This document shows positions 1 through 11,057 of a stretch of DNA of 34,725 nt, piece by piece. Numbering within the stretch: position 1 is the stretch's first letter; every line of letters begins with the position of its first letter. A program made the translations under genes and the position numbers. Below the pieces are notes generated by a model, which was given only the letters and a program-made list of their open reading frames with translations, did no database searches and was not told the origin of the DNA. Origin of the DNA: Paraglomus brasilianum (Eukaryota); the NCBI GenBank assembly GCA_910592345.1, contig CAJVPI010000336.1:1-34725 (forward strand), read 5' to 3'.

Positions 1-1056
1 ATGGGTTTGCTGACTGCGGAGGAAGATTTTATCATGTGACTTACTTATCTGATTTATCAGATCAGCTTGCCGTAACAATAGTATTATACATTATTAATTT
101 ACTCATTTGCTGATTCAGTCTTGGTAAATAGTGATTCTCTATGTAGTATTGAATATATTATCCTCATGGTAGAATCCCAAGTTAACAGTACTTTACTATA
201 GACTATGATATAAGAATATTACCTAACAATTACAATTGTGTGCTCTCTCTCAAATGGTAGAATGAGCAGAGATAATTCTTAAGTGCATTAATTCCGCTTC
301 GATATTAAATTTAGTTTCATATTAGCACTCTCTGCCATGAGTTTCGCCTTAGATATTAGGTACGATGTCCATTCATACGCAGAAGTCTATAGTAATAGGC
401 GGCGGCTATTGAGTTAATTCTTCAGTGATGATAAATGAAACGCGTTTCACCGTGAGTAAGCATGACTACTAATCTCAATTTTAGCCAATCCTGGAACAGA
501 AGCAAGCAAGGCTTTTAATGCTGCAGTTGCTCAATCAACATTTATCTGCTGCTTGTTTTTATCATTCTGAAGGCGACTCAATAACTTCAAGAAGATAGCG
601 GTTCAATAACCCATATAATTACGGCCTGTAGTGAATCAAACAAATCCATCGTTTACGTTTATTGGAACTCGTCAGGAAACGGTTATAAAAATCACTTAAT
701 ATTAATATTAATAATATCCATTTCTAATTAAATACTCTTTGCCTAAGAATTATTGTTATTATTATTGCTTATGGAGGATGGGATAGCTCAGCAATGTGGG
801 GGATAATAAGCCAACGCTCTAATTGGCACGGCCTCCACCTTGGCCTTGAAATATTCCCGGTCAACTAACGCAGTCCCAGCGCGACTGATTGCGATAATAT
901 GTTCTCTAGGTTTCAGCAATGTTCTATACGAAAGGGTCAGTGGGTCGAAGAGTGTGTCCACATACGCTAAATTATATTTGAGAAAATAAACTATTAGTTG
1001 TGTTACGGCAAGCTGATCTGATGATAAAATCTTCCTCCGCAATCAGCAAACCCATG
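1..1056. mobile_element. Non-autonomous TIR DNA transposon, ~1.05 kb, left end at or just beyond the window edge
   Basis: Bases 1-35 (atgggtttgctgactgcggaggaagattttatcat) are the reverse complement of 1021-1055 with one mismatch. Bases 58-77 are the exact reverse complement of 1001-1020. The left arm carries an extra 22 bp (36-57). No transposase ORF is visible inside. Confidence 0.85.
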
Positions 1057-1421
1057 ATCGACACATCGAATTTAGCTCAGTAATACAAAATAAAAAGTTA
1101 AATTAGTAACGTAAACGGCGTGTCGAAATTCCGCAACAGGCGCAGTAATAGAAAAAATCCGCAACAGCACAAAATACTATAATTGGAATTAGCTAAAAAG
1201 AGTGTTACGCCTTTTCCGCAACGCTCGAAGATATATAAATAGCTCATATTCCATCGTTAAATCTTCATGTTATCATGTCCTGAAAACATCAAAAAGTTCG
1301 AATATTGTTGTGAAATAAATAATACTACTGATCTTAGTAGTATTCTCCCGAAATCCTTTATTATAAATATCCATTCAATTTCTATCGTCGAAATAATTGA
1401 TTATTCGACCGGTCATTCCAC

Positions 1422-1483
1422 TAAACGGCTCATTCAAGCTGTAAAGGAACCCCAATAAACGGCTCACTCAAGCTGTAACGGAA
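1422..1483 (+). repeat. Tandem duplication with a 34-bp period
   Basis: taaacggctcattcaagctgtaaaggaa (from 1422) and taaacggctcactcaagctgtaacggaa (from 1456) differ at 2 of 28 positions. Confidence 0.85.
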
Positions 1484-2300
1484 TAGCATTGATTTTGATC
1501 AAGCCAATTAGGTCCGCTGATCAATTACATGAATAACGGAACGAGAGTTCATAATCAATTATCGAGACGATTAATGTTTAATTAGTTAGTAAAGACAAGT
1601 GACGGATACCGACTAGTCGACAAACAAATCGAAGATAGCTCTGTTTAATTTTATAAATAGTATTATTATTCTATTAGAGGTACCCTTATTTGTATTCACG
1701 AGTGTTTGAAACTCGGTGAGAAACGCGCACAAATAAAAATAGGTCACTTGAGGCTTAATTCAATCTTAATTGTAGTAAGGGCGATAGTACGAGCTAAGCC
1801 TGGTAACATGCGAACACACCTACACGAAAAGATAAATCGCTCTCCCAAAACCCCCCCATTTAATTCCCGACCGTAATAGTTGGAATGACTTCGCTCTCGT
1901 ACTTCTCCAATCCAGATAACAAGGTGTAAATTGGTAGATAAAGGCACAATTGGTCCCGGCATCGCAAAACAGACGGATGGAAGGATAAACGCATAGACGT
2001 CACGAAAAGCGTCCTTGCGCCTCAGGTCGTCTGGCTTCTCTATGCATCTGACATATTCTTTGTTTGCTTGTTACGCGACAAAATTCTCTTCCTGCCACGT
2101 GACATTAGTCACGGCGGTTATGCATCCGAGCACAGGGCGCTCTGCATTGATCTTGTCTGTTTCACAAAAAGCCAATCTCGATCAAAAACAATATTAATTT
2201 AATTAATATTTATCGTTATGTCAATATCAATAGATTAGATCATCTGAAGTTAACACTGCGGGAACATTTGGCTTTGGAGATAATATTTATGGTATGGTAT

Positions 2301-2347
2301 TATATAAACAACACTCGAACCCTCTCGGTTTGTACTCCACTGACTCA
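2301..2347 (+). promoter_or_regulatory. Putative TATA box and Gcn4/CpcA-type TGACTCA site upstream of the NAGS gene
   Basis: TATATAAA at 2301-2308; TGACTCA at 2341-2347, ending 10 bp before the ATG. A CCACGTGAC E-box also lies at 2095-2103. Confidence 0.45.
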
Positions 2348-2357
2348 ATTCATTATT

Positions 2358-4349
2358 ATGCAAATATTTAGAACCAGACATACAAAATCACTTTCACAGT
2401 TAATAAACCCCATCAGAGTATGCAAAAATGGTCTCTCACGTCATTCCCGATGCAATTTCTCAACACAAACTGATACGGTATGTAGTGTGAGTAAGAGGTC
2501 CTGATTCAGTGGCTTGACGAATAGTTTAATGATAAAACTCGCTTATTCTATCAGAATACCGACATCTCTGACGAAACAACATACGCTAATGAAAGGGTAC
2601 TCGATCGATTTCTAATAACGCTACTTTGTCGTCGGTTATATGTTACAAATATACTCTCGGCTAACCATTATTTTAAAATTAGGATCTAATATTAAGCGTA
2701 CTTCACTGCCACCCAACTAAACGCGAAATTAACTCTTACAAGAAAAGGCATGTTAAAACATACCCTTCACCGGTGGCACCACCAACCACTGTTCAATCAT
2801 CTCCAAGACAACCTGAACCGGTTCAGCAAGTAGACTCACAACAACAACAACAACAACCACAACCACAACCACAGCAAACATTTCGCGAGCAAAGAGCTGA
2901 ATTCATCAATAAATTATTCCAAGACACTATTGAACATTTGGCTCTAATTAAAATACAATCTCCATTTACTCCACTTAATTTAAGTTACGTTGCAAAAACG
3001 CTTGTACATCTCCAAAAGTTAGGTTTAATGTCAATAGCGGTTTTGGATAATGAATATTGGAAAACACCTCAGAACCGGCGATATGACAGACTCCGTGACC
3101 TAATGATTGCTGAGGCTCTTACCGTCACCGAAGCCATTGAATCGGCCGGCGGTCGAGCGGCACCCGTATACACTGGTGTGTTTTCAGTGGAGAACAAACT
3201 GAGCGATCATGTTGTTTCCACACCTGCCACTGATGGTAGTCATAATATCAATGTATCTTTATCATGGCTGAGGAAATTGACGAATCTCGGCCAGATACCG
3301 TTAATATTGCCGACCGCTATAGATGATTCTTCGGCACAAAGGACAATATCACCTGATTCTGGAATGGTCGCTTTATCATATGCTTTGGCCCATTTGAAGG
3401 CAAACGAAACAGTATCGGATACGGAAGGGTTTAATGACAAAATGGTATTTGAGCCATCAAAGATTGTAGTTATTAATTCAGAAGGAGGTATTCCGTCTGC
3501 TGAGAGGAAAGGATCACATGTATTTGTCAACATTCAGTCGGAATATGATGATATCAAAAGTAGCTATCAATTAAATCCGCAGTGGCATACCACACATCCA
3601 ACTGGATTGGAAAATCTCGAAATGATTAAAAAATGTCTAGAGCATTTACCAATAACATCTTCAGCAATAATGGTACCGGCTCATTCACCGATTGGCCTAA
3701 TAGCAAACTTGATAACAGATAAACCTCTCTTTTCTTCATCGCTTCCTATCCGCTCTGCTTCTACTCCCCTGACGACAACTACGGTCCTCCGCCATGGCCT
3801 AAAAGTATCTCATCACACCTCATTTTCCACTCTCAATATCGACTCTATGGTTAAACTCATCGAGTCGTCATTTGGGCGTCGTTTAGATGTTGATCATTAC
3901 TTGACGAGGATGGAAAGTTGTATCGATAACATCATTCTCGTTGGTGACTATCAGGGTGCAGCGGTGATTACTAAAGAGAATGAGGATGGAGCGGGAAAGG
4001 GTAACATAGCATATTTGGATAAGTTTGTTGTGGCGCCAGACAGTCAGGGGATTGGTGTGGCTGATATATTGTGGAGACGAATTGAAGTTAATTATCCCAA
4101 TATTGTATGGAGAGCGAGAGCAGACAACCAGATTAACAAATGGTGAGTATGGGATGAGAATGACGTTACTTGTCGGTTATTTCCTATTAATTAAGCAACC
4201 GAATTTCCAGGTACTGGGAACGATCAACTGGTGACCTAAGAATACCAGGAACTAACTGGACAATGTTTTGGTATGGAATAGAAGGAGTTGATACGATAAA
4301 TGGTTATGCTAAAGTATGTCGGAAGATCCCACCATCACTGTATGGGTGA
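2358..4349 (+). CDS. ARG2: Mitochondrial amino-acid acetyltransferase / N-acetylglutamate synthase (ARG2/arg-14 type). Exons 2358-2477, 2555-2596, 2683-4142, 4211-4349; 586 aa
   Basis: Three GT-AG introns join into one frame (1761 nt). The N-terminus is an Arg/Ser-rich presequence (MQIFRTRHTKSLSQLINPIRVCK). It carries the fungal NAGS N-terminal motif RDLILSVL..PTKRE, a degenerate AAK domain, LIANLITDKPLFSSSLP, and a NAT domain with YLDKFVV..QGIGVADILW, WRARADNQINKWYWERS and WTMFWYG. Confidence 0.95.
2839..2877 (+). repeat. CAA/CCA coding microsatellite (QQQQQQPQPQPQQ) in NAGS
   Basis: (caa)6 followed by ccacaa repeats in exon 3. Confidence 0.9.
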
Positions 4350-5013
4350 AGTTGAGATGTTAATCGGCATAATAATGATGTTGATGACAAGGTTGATATA
4401 TTAGATGTTCTATTAATGGGTTGTATTTGCTCTTGCTAGTTGGTCTCCTTTTACCTAACTTTCCTTTTCATCATTCCATGTTTCTTGAATCACTTCCTCC
4501 TCATTCTTATGTGTATAATTATTTAATCATAATGACATTGTTATCGATAATATGGGACGATTTTAAATACAGTGCCGGTGGTCTAATTAATAATCGAACA
4601 AAAGAATCCAACATGAAAATGTGAGACATTAGTATTCACAGCACATGATCATACTTCTTAGTGTTGATCGACCATAACTAAGAGTAATGAGAGCGGGTTT
4701 CTTTTTAGTTTGCCCGCAACAGTATTAATAGGGAAATTCTCAAGAACCGAATTCCATATGCATCGAGTATAGACTCTTTTATTTCCATTATCCACAATAA
4801 TGCGCATTTAACATTATTTTTTTACCCCCGTTTCCTGGACGATTTATCAGTATTAGTATAGGTTAAAGATACGCTCTTTGCATGTGTATTTGCATCGTCA
4901 GAAACTGACCATGTAACCAATCCTAACATAAGTTTATTTTCGTCACAAGTACGCATACGATCCCTTGATGCACCCACACGAGTAACTAATGTGTCTGCAT
5001 ACATATACCCTCC

Positions 5014-5516
5014 TGACAGGTGTGTCCATTAAGCTTACTGTCATGAAACACATGAACCGCGGAAATATCATCGATCAGTTAACAGTTGAAAATATATAGT
5101 ATACATGTGTATAAAATCTTTAACGTTTCCTTTCCCTGTAATCACACCTTTACAAAATTTTTGAAGTCATCCATCACTGTCTGTTTTTTCAATTGGATTT
5201 TGTTGGAGGGCCACCATCAATTTTAGATATTTAAACTGAAGTAATTCTGGCTGTATGTTTGGAATTCAATATCTTGTTGAAAAATTCAAGACTTTCCATC
5301 ACAGTAAATGCATTCTCAATTAAATTTTCATTGAGAATTGCCTATAAAGATCTCACATTCACGCTTAGTAAGCATAAAATATCAATAATAATGAGGCCTT
5401 AGTGCTGAAAATGCCCCCAGAAGTGAACCCACAATAATAAGAATGAAAAAAATTTCAATTGAGCAACATTAAACATATCCATATACATAATACAATAGAT
5501 AATGGGACGCCTGTCA
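5014..5516. mobile_element. Possible old Tc1/mariner-like MITE (~500 bp)
   Basis: Left tgacaggtgtgtccatta versus reverse complement of the right end (5500-5516) tgacaggcgtcccatta. The interior is AT-rich and CpG-poor. There is no clean TA target duplication. Confidence 0.35.
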
Positions 5517-8500
5517 TTTCAGAAAAACTTTGGGTTTACATGCATTATTAGCCCACAACTATCTGCAATTCATTGATATTAATATGGCAGAGATGACTCC
5601 GGAGAGTGCTACAAGCAATAATTATCTTAAAATAGGGAAAACATAGTTTTATTATAATTGACATAAATTTATTCTGCAAAATTGTTTTTTAATGGAACAA
5701 ACTTTATGCAAAAAATTTTCATTGCTAACTTTAATCAATATTAAAGAGAGCTCAGACCACCAAGAAGTTTTGCTTACAAAGTTGACATTAGATGACCTAT
5801 GAGAGAGGATCAATGTGCAAGACGCGAATCATGAATATAATTCCTAGCTGATTAACTTGCTTCTTATTCTTGTCTCATCAACATGCACAATATTAATACA
5901 GCTTAGTATCATATTAATATCCTCTGAGAAATCTTCTAAATCAGAGACATAAAACAGCCAACATACGAATTATGCATACTAAATAATAATGCCTGCTACA
6001 TAAAGATTAAAAAAGGCTAGCAATTGATTATTATAAAAGACAGTTCAATTGCATCTACTACATATAATAAAAGATCAAGTTAATATGTACAGTAAATAAT
6101 GTTAGTAAACTCAACACAGAAATTTCATTTTTAACATTTTAAAGAAGTTGTTTGAGAAAAAAAAAGAAGCTTTTATTAATTTTTCCATTCATTTACCTGC
6201 TTCTCTTCCAAGCCTGAGTACTGTTTTTTCCAGTATTGGCAGCATACCACTCCACACGCAGCAGATTGTTTCTGATGACTAGCTGCGGTGCCTATCGATG
6301 ATGTAAATCAGGGGTTGAATAATAAACCTCTCTTCGTTTAGATTGTTGTCTGAAACGAGAAGAATTGATGAACTGCGGGTCTTCTACAAATACTCAAAGC
6401 AGGCAAAGACGATATATTGAGAGTCTACCATATGAATCTTACCTGGTGAAAAATTTTTTCGAGCAGTATAGTATTATCTCACATGACTGCTTTATAAGAG
6501 AATGTACGTGTTTGGCTGCGATGGATGCTAAATCGATGCCTTGAGCCACAAAACTTTACGGATTTGCCATTGTTTCTATGACGACACCAATATACTAATG
6601 CAATAATATTAATATTGTTAAACATTTGGGGGGCTAATTCATATTTAGCCGAATGTTTTTGCATCCTCTGAATAGATCATAATTACGAAATGTGGCGTCA
6701 AACCATATGACGACGAGCATAGTGGACTGTTGAGCATATCGCTTTTATTGGCTGCAAGAAAGAATTGAATTCTGAATTTCAGTCTAATCATTCTATCGGG
6801 CCTGCCCGTCGCTAAATCAGTTGACCAGTTTGTTTGGGTTGTACACAACGTAAATGATGTGAGCATACATATAATAGTGTGTGAAATGTTTGAAATGACG
6901 AATAAGGTATTCTCTATGGAATTCATTTACGAACATGAGACTTTCTATGTGGAAATGAAAAGAGAATTGTCTTGAGAGAATGTTATGTTGTGACCATGCG
7001 TTCTGAGAATGTTGGGCGTTCATCACATCAATGTTAATATGTATAGTCAGCTTATGAAGACTAGACACTAGTACCAATTGGAAGATGTGGTTTGTTGTTC
7101 GTTTTCGACATTCGCACCAGGTAACGCTTGCTATCGTGTAACCACATTGCACATGACAGTGAAAACAAGACAAGGATAGTTCTTATCAGTTGTACAGTCG
7201 AATATTTTAGTGTTCCTTTTTCTTTTTTTTCGTCTTCACCTGGGTTGCGGGTGAAACACAGAAAATAATGGAGACCTAAACAAGAGGGAACAATAAGCAG
7301 AATGTTCACAGTGAGACTAGTAAAGTAAAAAGGGATGCTTACAACACAGAAGGAGATAGATTGTTTGTTTGATATTTGAGTCTACGCAACAGAGCGTGTG
7401 TGACAATGTACCACTATAATATTATTAATACCTTTCTATATACTTATGCAGTATGTTGGTATTTTATTTGTTATCGATAGTGTTAGCTCCCTTTTGGGTT
7501 ATCCTGCTCGTTTTGTTCAATAATAACACTATATTGCTATTGTATCAATGATGTTACTACACCTCTTATCTTGTATCAATGCCATAGCACAAAGCATTTA
7601 ATGAATTACTTAGTCATCCATCCTTATTGCCTTATCTCTTATTTTCATGTTTCCTTCGTTGTACGTCACAATGTTCATTCTCATAGATCAGATGCTGATA
7701 GATGAAGCGAGTGTGACTGTCGAAATCATGTAACTTGGCTTGTATTGATTATATGGTAATAGCTAGTATATATCGAGTTAGATCCCTACTGTTATAGGCA
7801 ACTGATGAGAATATCGTAAAGGACGGGACGTTGCCAATAATGGAGATGATAACGCAGACAATACAACTAAGTGCAGACATTATTGATCAATTACAGGAAA
7901 TATATGCAAAGTCGCATGCATAAGGACTGTCAGTTATATTCTATTGCATGTATCGATTTTGTTATGAGGTTTGTCCTCACGGGAGGTTTACTGTTGTTTG
8001 TGATTATTATGTGCTACTGACAGACTCGTAATTACCCGTTCGCTTATTAACCTGTCACTATTTTGTATCTGTGGGCGTAGATGGTGTGGATACAACGCGT
8101 ACCCATAGAAATAAAAAAGGGGAAATATCGATCTATTGTAAATGGGTCAATGGGTTGAATCACTTCGAAGATCGAATGCGTTTGTTTGTCCAAAATTGTG
8201 TTTCTGAGCCGAAAGGCAAATATTTAGTTAGACTGCATATGAAATTCGTTGTTCCCCAAGCTGCCAATTATCAATTGAATTAGCAAGTAAGATTACGAGA
8301 TTGATTATTATACAAGTCTTACTTAATTTTCATATATGCGTGTATATTTTTCATGTAATAAACCAAGTAGCACAATATAACGCAAAGATTTTCTCACCAG
8401 CCCCATCACCAATTTGACGTGCTAAAATTGGTAGTATGTCATTCAATTGACGATCAGTTATAGGGAGGTGATAAATTGTTTTTTGTCATCGAGTGAGAGA

Positions 8501-10649
8501 GCAATAGCAGAAGAGGTAGTACAGTCTGCAAACATACACTGACCGACTCGCATTCATTTCAAAGAAAATTCCATAAGCCGATCTTGTCTTAAACAACTCC
8601 TGTCCTTACGTATCAAGCCTAGGACAGTTCTTTCTTTAATAGTACCAGCAATGGTAAATGTGGCGTCACTGTGTACCGTCAGCCACATCAAACAAGGGAA
8701 TAAAATAATACAAGAAAGACAAAGACCATCCATCACTCCCACCAGCCCCCCAAAATGCGCTCTTTCATAATTACTTGTTTTGGCTTGTACGCTATAACAG
8801 GGATACATGCTTTTAAAGACATACACTCATTCAGTTTCGTAACATAAATAATAATGTGTGTATACTGCACAATACTAAGTGTAGTCCTGAGAGCAAAAAG
8901 TTTCATATAAGGTTTCAAAAATGCCTAGGACAATTGCTACCGCTAATTATAAATCGCCAACCTATTGTTTGTTGTCTATTAATACCAGTTCGAGGAATAA
9001 AGTATGATACTGTTATGATTACGTGCTCCCTGTCAATTTAGATTTTATGGAGAGGAAAGATTGATAAGTATTGTGTTGCAGGACAACGCATTGTAGTGTA
9101 TGCAACACATGTTACATAGTAGCTTTAGATTTCTAATTTTATCATTTTCGCTCTCCTCGCCAAACCACTGTTCCGAACAGATTATTCGCCAGGTTTGATT
9201 AAGGTTTAATCTTGGGAAGTAATTCAAATTGCTGCATACAGAACTACCTGTTTGACTTTCATTAGGGCAATTATTCAATACGCTTGTGTGGGATTTTCCA
9301 CCATTCTAGTGAGCCCCCCCCGCCCATCTTCTGTGCATACCGACATTATGGGCTTGAAATGGGCATGGTTTGTAAACAACACAATTGCGTAGTTTAAAGA
9401 CAGGGAAACTGAAAGCAAAAAACCGGAACCAATATCAGACAAGGATATGAAACGGGTAATTTAACATTTATTTTTGATACTGATTAGCTTTTTTTTTTTA
9501 TATATTTAAGTTTTTGATATTTGCATACATAATCCGTTGTATACAAGCCTTTGGTGTCATCTGACGTACGAAAGCAAAACAAGGAGAATCATGACCAATT
9601 GGTGGACAGGTAAAGCTGCAGAATGAAGACACCGTTGAGTCCCGCAGTATTTAATGGACAAATAAGGCTAGATACATTTTCTTTATATAAACACACTGTA
9701 ACTGCGCATGCTCATTGTTGGTTATCAATTGAATGGGAGACGGACAAGAAAAAAAACCCCTTCAAAAAAACTCTTGTTCAAATGGTGAAAGTAAAATAGT
9801 AGTAAAGTCTTTATTTTTCCAACACACTGCCCGGGTGTAAGGTTCATAACCTTCTCCATCTCTCATGTGTAAGTTCGAATTGTTTATGTTCATAATAATA
9901 ACAACCCCTTAATATCAATTCTTGTATGACAACTAAAAATAGGTTGTTACACTAAAGCAAATTTAGGGCGCAACGTTTGTTCACAGCTGCTGCCTTTGTA
10001 TGCATATATTTGGAAAGCCGATCAATTTCGCTGTTCAACCAGCATCGCATCATCATGGTCTTTCATTAATTCGCATCTCGATAACAACTAACGTTGTTGA
10101 GAATCGCATATATTATGTGCTTTCCCAATATATAGCATGACAATGCCTTGAACTGCAGTACATAATGCAATAAGCAATGCATTCTTAGACGCTCTCTTCG
10201 AGTTAGAGAGCTCATCTGACTATTGTGTGGAATAAACATAAATAATACACCCTTTTAGCCTTTCAATTGATTGACAACAATAGGATGGTTCTTCGATAAC
10301 GTTTTAGATAACGTTATGAAAACACAAATGGGCAAATTTGTGTTCTCTCCCTTTATAATTGACAACAGCATTGCCATTCGTTTTCGGCAACGAGAATTTG
10401 CCCATTTTTGCAAGAGTCGATTTCACACAGGACAGTCAACAAGTTCTCCTGATTTTTTTACAGTGGGATGCAATATATTAATATATAATGTACTTGGTAT
10501 TGTTGATTGAATTATCATCATCACATTTATTATTCCGACTTTTTTATCATCACATCCGGTTTTATTCCTCTCTCTAGCGCCACACAAACTTGTGATTGGT
10601 CGCCACAATCCATTCAAGAATATGTGTAATAAACAACATAAAAAAACAT

Positions 10650-11057
10650 GTATAAATGCACGTACCTCGCAGCGAAAAAATATAAACCATAATCTTTGAT
10701 TCCCAAAATTTTACAATTGATTTTTATAACTTTATTAATTACTTACTGCCCATTACTTCCAATCGTAACTCTATAACTTAACCAACGAGACTATACAATC
10801 ACGTCTTCGTTTATACACACGAACAAACAATTCATCTTGCATTTATACAACTTAAACCACATACACATACCCACCAACACAGTTGGTATTAATCCACAAA
10901 CGAAAACGAAAACGCACAATTTATACACTCAGCACCTTATACATTTACCAATACTACTAGCTTTATAATTTGTTTTTATTTTATCAAATACCCTCAACTA
11001 GTCTTTAAAACATACGATCCGTTTCCATATTAGAACGCATAACTATACAACACTAGA
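10650..11057 (+). promoter_or_regulatory. TATA elements and long G-poor, ATG-free 5' leader of the Zn2Cys6 gene
   Basis: TATAAA near 10651 and at 10681; reverse CCAAT (gattgg) near 10594. About 390 nt of A/C-rich sequence before 11058 contains no ATG. Confidence 0.55.

Noticed and set aside
2773..2775. GTG start of the 457-aa ORF
   Set aside because: It is an internal codon of exon 3; the true start is the ATG at 2358.
3240..3533. 97-aa minus-strand ORF
   Set aside because: It is an antisense shadow of the NAGS coding exon.
6435..6447. cttacctgg resembling the U1 snRNA 5' end
   Set aside because: No U1 stem-loops or Sm site follow; more likely an antisense splice donor or chance.
7100..7165. 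tRNA-like A/B-box words on the minus strand (gtggtta, ggtgcgaat)
   Set aside because: No cloverleaf stems can be formed and the B box is degenerate.
8071..10617. Multiple 60-90 aa ORFs in the region upstream of the first TF
   Set aside because: Most have non-ATG starts and AT-rich random composition, with no recognisable motifs or coherent splice structure.
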